Source of the DNA: Ramazzottius varieornatus | Lineage: Eukaryota; Animalia; Tardigrada | Direction of reading: 5' to 3' | Assembly: GCA_001949185.1 (NCBI GenBank) | Contig: BDGG01000013.1 | Coordinates: 627,130 to 691,129, forward strand | Length of the DNA stretch: 64,000 bases | Part shown: positions 36,470 through 48,154 of the stretch, piece after piece | Layout: the number at the start of each line of letters is the position of its first letter | Numbering within the stretch: the first letter of the stretch is position 1 | The notes under the pieces: model-generated | The model's database searches: none | Told to the model about the DNA's origin: nothing | Seen by the model: only the letters and a program-made list of their open reading frames with translations | Program-made: the position numbers and the translations under genes

Positions 36470-36972
36470 ATGTCTTCGAGTTTTGGTGGGAAAGTCAACA
36501 GGACCCAGGCGGTTACTGACCAGGCCGAGATGGACCGCATTCACGCCCTCCGTATCATCAAGATGGAGCGCGTTTGTCGCCCGTTGAGCGTGGGCTCTGC
36601 AGTGGCCAGTCACCTTCTTAGTGAGGTTGGAGGCAAACATGGAGGAGTCAAAGTCACCACCAGCACCGGAGAACAATTCCCTATCCATAAGGGAGACAAG
36701 TTTGGAGGTGAATGGGGAAATACTGTAGCGGTGCCTGTCGCGGAAATGGGCACAGGTTGGACGGTAAGCTTCGAGAACTACCTAGTGTAAATTATTACAC
36801 AGCGTTCCATCCATGTTTCCCCAACGAACGGCTTCTTTTGTAGACCATGGCGTCAAAAGAGATGGGCAATAGCCAGATGACCATCAGCGACGCCATCAGA
36901 AAAGGAGGGGAAAATTACAACCTCTTGTTCGAAAACTGCAACCACGCCGCAGATTCGTTGTTCAGACAGTAA
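36470..36972 (+). CDS. Small permuted NlpC/P60-type (LRAT/PPPDE-like) thiol hydrolase candidate, 140 aa
   Basis: Exons 36470-36763 and 36844-36972. Motifs HGGVKV...IHKG-FG...GG-NYNLLFENCNHAA give His-His-Cys order. Confidence 0.7.
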
Positions 36973-37400
36973 AATACAGCATATGTCTTCACGCTGTACT
37001 GATTTAAGTGATTTTATCTTTTTCTGGAACCATTCCATTTGCGCGCCTGGGGTCTGAGATACCGTTACATAGAGTCGAGAAATTTCGATTTGCGTCAACT
37101 TTTTCAGTGGCGTATAAATGAAGTTCTTCCCCTCTTTACTTCGGAACGGCATCTTCTTCCATCATTGTCTGTAGGTAAACGTTTAAAGAACCATAGGGCA
37201 GTAAAGTAACTAGTGTACAGATGCAGAAATCCTACAACTCTACAGGAAAAAAAGGAAACCATTCTTCGACCATCAACCTGGAGCTTATCTCGACTGTACA
37301 GCAAAAGGTAGAACATACAGCTTCACAGTTCAGAAAGCGAAATCGGGATCAAGTTCGTCATGAGAAAGCTCGGGCGTAGAAGCAAATCAGACTACCTGTT

Positions 37401-39834
37401 TTATCTATTCAAGGAGTGCCGTGAAGATACATCGCCAGCCGTAGCCAGCGTCTGCACAGGCGGTCCTTGATCCTCATCCCCTTCCGGCATGGCATTGATG
37501 GCTCTTTGATCGCCGAAGGGTCGATACGTCAAGTGCCTCCTTGGACTATTTAGCGAGCTGGTTAAGCTTCTCGTTAGTCGCGTGTTGTCCAGACCGGAGG
37601 TAGTCCGGCTGGGAATAGCTCCGGTGCTTTGTGTGATTTCATCGTTGGCGATACTTGTTCGCCTCGAAGATCCAAAAAGAAGCGAGCTGACGGTGGTCTG
37701 ACTTCCGGTCGGCTCGATCATCCTCGACGTCGTCTGCAACAAAGCCGCGCATTTCACACATTTTTATTGAATTCAATACGAAGGAAGGTCATTTATTACC
37801 ACGACGGTATCTGGTTTTCTGACGCGGAAGAAAATGACGACCAGAAAGGTCGGAAGGAATTCCCAGAAAAAGAGGACCAGCCCGAAGCTAAGGTAGCCAT
37901 AGCCTTCGTGGATGTTGAAGAGATCTCCCTGAAACCATATTTGTTTTTCTCTAGTGTGAGCCTAGAAGAGAATATGGGAGCTCAGCAAACAAACTCGACC
38001 AAATCGTTCGCCCAAATGGCGCAAGTACTTAACTCATATAGACTGGAAGCGCGCGCCACTCCGGTATTCGGCAAGATTATCTTCGCGAAAGGCGCACTCC
38101 TCCAGGCAAAAACAGTGCGAACGTGCGTCACTTGGGAAAACGATCTGGCCAAGTTCGCTTGCCGAGCTCCTATACGAGGAGAACATAGCGGATTTGTCAA
38201 TGCAAAATCGCATGGCGAACTTGTCAGCTTTCAGGGCGCGCGGTGGCGACACGTCCTATTGCATTACGTCCCAGAACTTGACAAAATGCGACACGCACGC
38301 CCCTGGCGGCTCTCTGAAAAACTTTCCCACAGGCTTTTTAACATTAGAAAAACCTTCTCCCTGTTAAACCCGACAAGAGACTCTCTCTATTCTCCTTAGC
38401 TTCTGGATCAGTACGGTTAGATTCTACAAGGGTTCTTTTATCTAAAGAAACCGAGAAAAAAGTAAAACGATCCAGTACTTCGTCAGAACCGACGCTGACA
38501 AGTTGGCGATGCGATTTTGCATTGACAAGTCCGCCATGTTCTCCTCGTAATTATGACGACTGACGGGGGAAAAACCATACCTCGTTGGATACGTTTATCC
38601 ATCCGTAATCGAAGCCCGGTATCTTTTCGGGACATGATAGAGCGATGAAGTCATAGATCGCTCTTGAAACGTAGAGACAGATGGTGACGACACAAAAAGC
38701 CGTTGCCTGACCCACTGTTGCTCCCTACCAGAAAAAACCCTGAAACTGAAACTGCAAGGAGTAAATTCGGAAGTTCACAATTTACCTTGGCTTCCAGGAG
38801 AATATTAGCGGAGGACATGCTGGCTAGTTTGTACACACAGAAAGACAAGGCGACGCTGGCCAGAATGAAGAGGGTATCACAGATGGCCACACGAGCGACG
38901 ATAATGGACAGCATGGACCCATCGTTCTGGTTTTTCTTCAGAATAGCCGCGATGATGTCCGTCGCAAGGAACAGAAGCATCACCAGACTCATACCCACTC
39001 GAAGGTACAGGTGATAGCGTCTCGGACCCCCATACCGCACTCGGGCCTTTATCAAGACCTGTCGAGAACCAAACATTACGCACTTTATCGATTATCCAAC
39101 TCACCGTACCTTCCGGTTAGTCATGTCTTGCTCGAACTCCGACTTGCCTGGGCGAAGTAAAGGACGAGTAGACACAGGAGAAAGAACTGGATACACACGG
39201 GAAAGCAGTACAGAAGCCAGTAAGCCGCAACGGGGAGATCCTGCAAAGAAAACAACAGTAGCCGATTGTATATCCAGCCCGGCTCGCAATGACGATAAAT
39301 GGACATGCTTTCAACATGCTAGACCATATCACAAGGACGTGTCTTGTTCGCCTAAGGTCCAGCCGGGTAACGGTGAACTGCTCTGTTGAAGCAGCCCCGA
39401 CGTCATCAACACAATAGGACGATGTACACTATTATATACTGCTGCAAATGTCAGCGTCGTGACGTCACGCGCGCTAGTCACCACTTGACGACTTTTCGCT
39501 ACGATATTTGCAGGCCGTTAGTCATTCCAACGGAAGCTGCACCTTCGACCTAATTCACATTCCAACTTACATTTGCGAGTCGAGTATTTCGAATATAAAA
39601 GGAGAACAGCGTAATGCGTAGACCAGCCCATAGAAGACAGGAAAACAGGAACACGGACTGATGGGAGAGGCGTTTGTGTCGATAGTAGAAGATCAGCCAG
39701 AGCTGGATGTAGGCGAGCAAGAACAGGCCGCAGTACAGGGTGATGAAGGCGATGGTCAAATCCTGATGCACAACGGGCGTCAAACCTGGCCCGATCGTCG
39801 GGAAGAACGGAGCGATGGTCGTAGTGGGATCCAT
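37401..39834 (-). CDS. GPR137: GPR137/TM7SF1-family lysosomal 7TM protein (~411 aa)
   Basis: Exons 39834-39571, 39240-39148, 39058-38786, 38724-38581, 37928-37800 and 37733-37401. Motifs [47 protein letters not shown] and [15 protein letters not shown]. Confidence 0.9.
38175..38547. mobile_element. mariner-like MITE in GPR137 intron 4
   Basis: ~55-bp TIRs TA|CGAGGAGAACAT(A/G)GCGGA...TGTTCTCCTCG|TA. Confidence 0.85.
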
Positions 39835-40794
39835 CGTAATTGATGAGAAGGTAGTCGGGGTGTTATGATGACTGCGTTGCATGCAGATGTCGTAACGATT
39901 ATCACATGCCAACAAGGTGATAAAAGTCCTTATGGAGGAGCGACCAGACGGAGGTAGCTGGACATGTTTATCCGCGAGCGACGTTTCAATGGGTTTATCA
40001 TGGACTGCCGCAGAACAAGAACTTGCTGGGATTGATCGTCTGATGGAGGACGAAGAAGCAAGGTCCAGAGTCCGACTCCAGTCTTCAGACGAAATTTCCG
40101 TTCCAAGGAAATCAACAACAAATCTTGTGTTGTCCCAGCGGTGAACGGATGATTTTCTCAGCCTAGTATCGAGATTTTCCCAGTTCTCACGTACGACCTG
40201 CCAGGAACTATTACAATACCGAATTTTGTCATCAGTGTGCAGATTCTACCCTACTGAAGCAGAAGTTGGGTGCTCGAACGACATTGGAAAGGGTGTTTTC
40301 CATATGGAAAAGTATTGATTGACTGACTGCCGTTACTGAGTCAGTTTCTACTTTGTGATGTTGCGCCGTTCCGTGTTCTCAGTAAGTCGCTGAGAAAATC
40401 ATTCGTCCACCGCTGTGTTGTCCGATGTGTGACAAGCATGACTTGCTGACGTAGACCAAAATAACGGCATGACTCAATGCGTTTCGCTTTGACACGCCGG
40501 CAGGTGGCGTTGCTCGTTGTGCCCCACAAAGGCTTCCGTTCCATACGCGCGGGGTTATAAGTTCATCGAGAAATTAGTACGTTTCTTGGCATGATCAAAC
40601 TTTAAGAAGAAAAATAGGGGATGAATCTAACATTATGCAGAGTTTCCGTATGGTATTGTGACTTCCCCCAAAATTACAGTAATCGAAAGTGTGCGTCCAC
40701 AACCACACGTCAGATATGGTAGAACAATTAACTTTCGAGCAGGGCAGGCTTTGAAGGAAGATCTGTCAGGATGAGCTTTGGACTACTGGCACAT

Positions 40795-41265
40795 TCACCA
40801 GCCCTCAGTTCGATGGATAATGAAACCGTTTTCCATCTTCTGCATGCCAATCTTCGGGTAATACTCCATAGCGGTAGGTGCAGCCATGAGGAAGAAGTCC
40901 GGGCGAGGACCGACTACTTCCTTCGAGAGCATAATCAGCCGCTTTCCAAGACCTCCTTTCTGGTACTCTTTTCGAACAGCCAGATCGGAAACGTAACAAC
41001 AGAAGGCCCAGTCTGTCAAGGAACGAGCCACACCCACCAACCTTCCGTCATCCCAAGCACTGACCAACAGGTTGCTGTTGTCCAGCATCTCCTGCATCCT
41101 CGTTCTGTCCTTGGTTGGTCTGTTCAGGCCCGAGCTGTCGTATAGGTCGATTAGCTCGTCCGCAGTCACGGGATGGTTCTTTTTGAATACTAACTTGGGA
41201 TACAGAGGGTTCGGTGGAGCAGGCAGTACTTCCGCGTTTTCCATTCGCAAAGCGGGCATTTTCAT
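40795..41265 (-). CDS. GNAT family N-acetyltransferase, bacterial-type, intronless
   Basis: LVSAWDDGRLVGVARSLTDWAFCCYVSDLAVRKEYQKGGLGKRLI carries acetyl-CoA motif A (QxxGxG), followed by AMEYYPKIGM. Confidence 0.92.
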   Translation of the reverse strand: MKMPALRMENAEVLPAPPNPLYPKLVFKKNHPVTADELIDLYDSSGLNRPTKDRTRMQEMLDNSNLLVSAWDDGRLVGVARSLTDWAFCCYVSDLAVRKEYQKGGLGKRLIMLSKEVVGPRPDFFLMAAPTAMEYYPKIGMQKMENGFIIHRTEGW

Positions 41266-41710
41266 CTCCGAGAAACGGACCTAGTATTCACCAAAAATTG
41301 AGTCGAAGGCGCTTCAGAATGCCACAAATGAAGAAAGTTTGCTGACAACGAAGCGAACTACCGATATAAGGGTTGAGCGGCTTGAGCGAGCTATGTATTA
41401 AATTAGCCCAAGTTGCATGTTGAGCCCATCCGTCAAATTTCAAGCAACGCATATGTTCTTCGTATCACGTGAAAGCGTGCAGTTGCGATAAGATTTGACT
41501 GATGATACAGACGTAAGCCGATCTCTTACATAATTCCATCGATTTCGACCTTGAAGTGCGCTGTATATCGTATAAGCCTGGACTAGGGGATGAAAAAGTG
41601 CTCGGCTCTGACTCACACGAGATTTCGCGGGCATGGGACGGAGGCGGGCGACTAGACATACCCTTTTTTGGCTAAAAACTCAGGAACTGTAACTATTGTA
41701 TAAGAAAACA

Positions 41711-42196
41711 TCAATTCTTGTCTCGAAAGAGTATAAATCCGTTCTTGATCGGCGACATCCCAATCTTAGGGTAATATTCCATCGCTGTGTCAACTGCCAG
41801 CAACATTAAGTTACTCTGTTCTCCCACAATTTCTTTCGTCAGTCGAATCAGCTCTTTGCCAATGCCGCCTTTTTGGTAGTCCTTCCTCACAGCCAAATCT
41901 GACAGGTAGCAGCAGTAAACAAAGTCCGTCACGGAGCGTGCTACACCCACTAGCCTGTCTTCATCCCAGACGCTAACGACCAAGTTGGAATTATCATACA
42001 TGGCCTGAATACGCGCCACATCTTCCACTGGCCTCGTCAACCCGGAAGCGTTGTACAACTCGATGGCTCTAATGACGGTGATGGGATAGTCTCGTCGGTA
42101 TTGCAGGTTGGGATACAGAGGGTTCGGAGAAGAGGAGAGTACTTGGCTGGACTGGGGCGGTTTCCTTGAGTCCTGCGACATTCTCCGAAGTATCAC
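41711..42196 (-). CDS. GNAT family N-acetyltransferase, bacterial-type, intronless (tandem paralog)
   Basis: SNLVVSVWDEDRLVGVARSVTDFVYCCYLSDLAVRKDYQKGGIGKELI...AMEYYPKIGM. Confidence 0.92.
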   Translation of the reverse strand: MILRRMSQDSRKPPQSSQVLSSSPNPLYPNLQYRRDYPITVIRAIELYNASGLTRPVEDVARIQAMYDNSNLVVSVWDEDRLVGVARSVTDFVYCCYLSDLAVRKDYQKGGIGKELIRLTKEIVGEQSNLMLLAVDTAMEYYPKIGMSPIKNGFILFRDKN

Positions 42197-43020
42197 GCTG
42201 CAACAACCGTAGAAACAAATCTCAGAAATTCTGGGTGGCGATACGCGATTGAAAGATTCCGTTCATAAAGATGATTTACTGTACCAACAGCGCAGCTTAT
42301 CAAAAGATTACGCTAGGTGGGATGTGCACCAGTTTCAAAATTATTTTTCACTCTCACAAGAAGCTTGCACTGTGTTGTCCTTTTTCAGCTGTTTCCATTG
42401 TCAGGAGGTCTGAGTTTCATCTGCTAGGAAATTGTGTAGTGTCAGCTGTTCAGGAAAGCATGGTACAATAGTGGCAGACCTTGCACCGACAACTGCTCAA
42501 GTTCCACCATGTGGGTCTTACGCAACTGCGCATCATTTTGCGAACACAACAGCGTTATCTTTCGCGAGTCATTCGTCCGCAAGAACTTTCTATGCTTTGC
42601 ATAGTAAATCCAGCCTAACATTGCGTCAGATCAAAAGTTTGTAGTACTGGAAATCGCAATACACTTCGAAATATACTTCGGAATAAAAAATTCGCAACGA
42701 TGCTCGTTCAGGAACATGTACCCGGTTGTTGTAAATTTACACGACAGGTGTCTCGTCCAAAATTCTGATCGGTTGATTGGAAAGGAAGCTGAAGGTCAGA
42801 AGTCACGACTTTGACTGCAGTTGTTACGAAGTAACGGTTGTCCAGTTTCTGTCAGAAACGACGTGGAGTTAACTTCAGCTTCGTCAACATACCTGAATTC
42901 GAAGGTGGTCACCCACATCCTAAAGTTTATCCTCGTTGTTGTCTTCCTCGCTGTCTGCTCCATATGGTTCGTCTTAATGTCTTGCCTTCGCGTATCTTTA
43001 CCACCGAGGAGCAGCAAGCT

Positions 43021-44285
43021 ATGAACAAGAAACGTAGGAAGCGCGAACGAGAAGATATCAGCAAGCTGACCGGAGGTAAGACCTAGGTATTTTCATTTTT
43101 TTTTAAATGAAAAAGCCGTAGATGGTGATACGCGCCGAAACATATCCCGAAGTTAAAAGTTTGGGCAATGCTTATTTTTTAGTTTCGCCCTCGGTTTCAA
43201 GAGAAGACTTGATGGAGGGAAGCCACGAAGGTCCTTCAAAGAACTCTCGACAAGGGGAGATGAGCGCCGACGCCGGCGCTGCTCCAACCCAGCAAAACAG
43301 TAACGATTCGCCTACCATGGAAGCCGGAACGACCGTATCTACTTCGCGGCTTGGCGCCAACGTTTCGAAGGACCTTCGGAGGTCTCCGCGAACGTCCCAG
43401 GGAAGCGGGGCTGCGAAAGTCAAGGCCAGCGGATCCAGAAACAGCCTTGGTCAGCGATCGGTTCCCGAAAAACAAGGAGGCCAGCAAGTCCGCGAAGCCC
43501 AGATCGGTAAGGGTAGTAAGAAGGCTGTCAGTGGCAGACGAGGCCCCAAGAAGAGGATCGATGGTCACGTGGCAAAGCCTTCCAAGAGAACAACCGCAAA
43601 ACTTGGGCCGAAGAGCAAGCGGACACAAGGCAATAAAGCGAACGCAGTCAGTAGCTTCTCGAACATTTTCGCCGCTTATCGGATGCCGAAGACTATCTCA
43701 ACTATGGAGCTCAAGCCGTCGAACTACGATGCGCTGGCACCACAAGAGGATGATGGTGATGTAGCTGGTGGCGATCCAGCGACCAAGCCGAAATCGAAAT
43801 CGAAGCCAAAGCCAAAGCCGCACGTTAGCGAGGCTCCGAGTTCGAAAGGGAATTCCAAAGGGGAAATGTCTCAAGATGTTTCAGCCATGGATCAGGTTGA
43901 CAATCCCGTCGTCAACGCTGCAGAGGACAAGCTCTCCAAGAAAAAGAATGTGAATACAAAACCGATCACGAAGAAGAAGACTGGCAAGGTGGCTCAGAAG
44001 GCGAAACTTGTGGCTAAAGGGAGGCCTGGAAAGAAAGAGAAAGCAACCAAGGGTGCGCAAAAACCGAAGCCGGTCGCGAAGAAACTGAAAGCGACACACG
44101 CTGTCCGCAAGTCGAAACAGTCGGTGAAACCTCCGACTGACAGGGAGAAGGCCGTAATCAAGAGGATTAAGAGTCTGTTACCGCCTTCTCACAAGAAGAA
44201 AGGCCAGGGTACGAAGCCGTTTGCCAGCGGTAAACGGAAAGTGGCTGCATCGAAAGTAGTGAAACGCAAGAAGACTGCTACCTAA
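43021..44285 (+). CDS. Highly basic Lys-rich intrinsically disordered nuclear protein (~385 aa)
   Basis: Exon 43021-43075 (MNKKRRKR NLS), phase-1 intron 43076-43182, exon 43183-44285. K/S/A/G/P-rich, contains RRSPRTS, has an H1-tail-like C-terminus. AATAAA at 44365. Confidence 0.8.
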
Positions 44286-45072
44286 TGGGACACTGGCTGT
44301 TTACCAAATTTATTTTCGTCTGGTACAGAATTTCATGCATCTAGAGTTTGCTCCGTCTTTCAGCAATAAAGTCTTTCCGGTATCGAGATTGTACTCCAGA
44401 CTACCTCAACTCTTGTTCCGCACAAACTTTACTGTTGTTTTATCAGCTGAGACTGAATCCTTATCAGGATATAACAAGAAATTGCCGATAGGAACTTTGC
44501 GCCTTGTTTGTTGTGAGCTATCAAGAGGGAATACATTTGTAATACTGGTCACTTAGTCCGGTGGGTAGTATCAGTTGACGTCTGGCGTCTCGTACTTCGA
44601 TCCCACCCGAAATATAATGTGCAGAGTGGACACGTATACATCTGGCAACCGGTCTTTCTCCATGGTACATGCGAAAGGAAACCACCGCCATGGTGGACAC
44701 GAAACCGTAAGTTAATCGTTAAACTCAATTATAGGTGGTGTTAACTCAGATCCACCCGGAAGTCGACAATTTCGTACGTCAAAAAATGACGGAAAGACCT
44801 CCGACACTACACCGTCCTTGTGTTGTTCCACCGTCACGCTGAGTCGACCGATTTGTGCAAGTGTACAGCAATGTTGAAAGGATATTAAATTTATTATGAT
44901 ATCCGTCAAGTGTATAAATTAATAGATGAAGCTTGCTGTCAAATAGCAATATCTCGTGCAAAACGAAGACAGAAGCCCAAGTGGACGGGACGATTCATTT
45001 CTCGTGACGGCTGAGATGATTTCTATTCAGGGTCAAATAACTCATACCATCGAGGTGCATTGCTGTCGCGTA

Positions 45073-45454
45073 TAGAAGGCTAGGCGAAGCTGAAATAAGC
45101 CGTTTTAGCCGTTCTTAGCCGTCTCTAAAAATATTTTAGCCGCGGCTAAAGCAGCTAAAATACTTTTAGCCACGGCTAAGATGGATTGTGAGGGCGATTG
45201 ATTGATTGATGTTGAGTCNNNNNNNNNNNNNNNNNNNNNNNNNNNNNNNNNNNNNNNNNNNNNNNNNNAATTCACGGTAAGCATAAGTTCGTGACGAAAG
45301 CGGACCTGGGTAAGATATCCGGGTACGCAACAGTACAGAAGGCTCAGTGAAGCTAAAATAAACCGTTTTACCCGTTCCTAGCCGCGGCTAAAACATTTTC
45401 AGCCACGGCTAGGAACGGCTAAAACGGCTTATTTTAGCTTCACTGAGCCTTCTG
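45073..45454. mobile_element. TA-flanked MITE of the CAGAAGGCT.../GCTAAAA-repeat family, spanning a gap
   Basis: Left end TA|TAGAAGGCTAGGCGAAGC, right end GCTTCACTGAGCCTTCTG|TA. Homologous to 51642-51886 and to a fragment near 46140-46162. Confidence 0.7.
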
Positions 45455-45805
45455 TACTGTTGCGTACCCGGATATCTTACCCAGGTCCGCTTTCGTCACG
45501 AACTTATCCTTACCGTGAATTCGTGATTCCTGATGATATCGTCCCAGGAAGAATCTTGAGTGGGCCACCTCCAGTTGTTCAGTAGCGACATCTAATGGGT
45601 TTTCATTTTCAGTAATCTCGTTCCTTAATCGAGCAGTGCTGGGAGCCACGTCTCGACCTGTAGTTGAAGCTATACTAGGCAGATCTCCCGGACTTTCTTT
45701 GCACTAGAGGTGGGTCAAGTTGCAAAACCATTCCGTATTTGTTGTAATTTAAAAGTTATTGTTTTGAAGGACCAGCGGGAAAGTAGTTTGCTTTAGTTTT
45801 GAGTA

Positions 45806-46002
45806 CACCTACGACGAGATATTATGGGACACAAAGGATTATAGGACAGGCGGAAGGGACGGCATAATAGAAAATCAGTCGTAGAGAAGCGTCGAAAAGT
45901 TTATTACTGTTAATCAGTCGCGTACGTACTTGCTTCCGTACCGTCGTAGTGACAAGGCCTGTCCCATAATTTTTACCTTCCCATAATTACTCATCGTACG
46001 TG
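45806..46002. mobile_element. TA-flanked MITE (family of 24116-24295)
   Basis: TA|CACCTACGACGAGATATTATGGGA...TCCCATAATTACTCATCGTACGTG|TA. Confidence 0.8.
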
Positions 46003-47600
46003 TACTGTCTCCGTACTACCACCTAGCTACACGCTGTCGCGCGATGAAAGTAGAGGTGCGCGGTGCTCATCAGCTTAACGGCGGTGGCTGTTAGTTGACT
46101 GAAGGTAGGCAGCTACCGTCTACGCCAATATTAATATGGCTTACTCTAGCTTCGCCGAGCCTCATGAATTTTCATACCCTTGATGCTGCAGCTGGACCGC
46201 GCATAGATCGCAGTCCGATGCTCTAGACGTCGCACTCCGTCCCTCTCAGTGACTAATTAAAGAAGTGAGAGTTATCAGTGTAACTCCAACCACAGCTGGA
46301 TACCGGCAAAAAGTACCACATGAAGACCAGTCGAATATCTGAAGCCGCTTTCCATCGTAATAAAACGACTCATGGCTCAAGTCAGTCGATAGACCTTGAA
46401 AAGTTGTATGAACAGTGTGAAGCAACAGACGAAACGGAGCAATCTGAATTTTTTCACCTCGAAATGCTAGGTGGTAGCGATGTGGCGTGAACGGGGTGTA
46501 TGTACAGGCTTTTCTTGCTTTCTAAACACACAAGGGCACACCGGACGCATACCGTAGACTAGAGTTAAGCTGGAGCAAAGAAATTGCAGCCACTTTTCGC
46601 TTGCACCCCTTTCGCCATTTTTTTCTGGATCAACGTGATCCGGCAAAAGAAATGATTTGGTATCCCGAATGCTCAGATATTATTTCATTTCATCACCATC
46701 AGAAATCTTTTGATTTTGACTTGCACAGTTCTTAAAAAGCATTTTCTAAAAACTCTACCGGAAAAACCGACCCGCACACTGCGCCAGTTTAGGGAGGTTA
46801 GAAAGTTTAAGCTTTTTTCTTCCTGACTTACCGAAACCGGTCAACGGTGGTCTCATTAGTTGCCTGAAGCTGTTGGGTATCTACATGCGGAGTGAAGTCT
46901 GGATCGGATTCTCCATGACTTTAGGAGAACTTGCATTTCGTCTGCTGGTTTCATCATGCTTCCCACCTGACTGTCTTCTGTTTCGTAACACACGCAGGCT
47001 AGGTCAAGAAAAATAGTGTCACGGTGAGTTAAGAACTTCTCAAAATTTCAGCGTAGATATCGCTATTTTTGCTGACTTCCAGAAGAGAGAGACCTAAGTG
47101 TTCTGAAACGTGTTTGGAGGAGAAGACTTGCTACTAGATTGCGGGAAAACAATGGGAAAGATATCCGCCTTCGCTTTGGAGAAAAAATTTTTAAAGTCAG
47201 GCGTGAAAAAAAACGGACAAGTCATACCGAAACCTCTGATATCGTGATGGTTTGCGACATTTTTTAGTTTGATTAAGATCCCTAGCAAAAAAAATCTTCT
47301 CCTGCCTCTTCAACATGATGCGAGCGTTCCTGTATATTCAACTCAGTTCATGAGTAAGGACCTTGAAGTAAGCTTCTGTAGCTTCATAAATTCTTCTAGA
47401 AGCTCTGAGTGGAACTCGAGGCCTGCTTGCAGTTGCTGGTTGGTTGCGGTACGCAGTAATTTACAGGACGAAAACAATATGTTTGAAGGATACGACTGTT
47501 TACAAGTAATGCTAATCAGACGCCGGAACGTTACCGCTGTAGAACAGAGTGCCGCTTTTGTTAGAAAAAAATATTGGAGTCAACTTTTTCATGTCAAATT

Positions 47601-48154
47601 TCACTGGCACAGCTTCATGAAGACATAAGAGATAGGGTCACCAGCACTCCGGCCAAGCTCCAGACCGTTCAGCGTAATCTGTCCACCGTTCAGGTTCGAC
47701 TGGAATATTCGCGTGTGAATGTACTGGAGTTGATGAGCTGGTGTCTGTATCAAAATCTGTAGAATGGAAACACAAATTCGTACTTTCGGTCACTGAACCG
47801 GGACCCGACGAATTTCTCTTTACCTTCATGAAGTAATTCACTCCACCGTTGACAGACTGGTAACGGTATGAAGCTAGCTGGTACCGTTGCAAAGGAGAAC
47901 CCAGCGCTTGTTGCACTGGCCCCTGGGCCTAATAAGCCACACCTTTAACCATTACTGCTTACCTGGCCCAATCGAGCACCATAACTTCTTACCCTGTTTG
48001 CGATCAGCTGCGAGTTTTGGTCCGGAGGAAAGGTTTGAGACATGTTTCCGCCATTGACTTGCGCCTCGACGACTACGCCAATTAGCAAAAGAAGTGTGGC
48101 TGCTGTCCACAGATTCCCGATTGACGCTGACCTACGAAAAGCTTGCAAGCTCAT
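47601..48154 (-). CDS. Stefin (type-1 cystatin)-like protease inhibitor with signal peptide, 140 aa
   Basis: Exons 48154-47993, 47928-47824 and 47756-47601. Shows GG, IANR...YRYQSVNGGVNYFMK (QxVxG variant), YIHTRIF and DPISY, the stefin pattern. Confidence 0.8.

Noticed and set aside
37629-38399. 256-aa + strand ORF
   Set aside because: Antisense to GPR137 exons and runs through an intronic MITE; shadow ORF.
40795-42196. Bacterial contamination as the explanation for the GNATs
   Set aside because: Contiguous with intron-containing genes, and one paralog carries a eukaryotic hAT insertion.
43122-44285. Dsup itself or histone H1
   Set aside because: Does not match the Dsup sequence as I recall it beyond composition and a short motif. 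No H1 winged-helix globular domain is visible.
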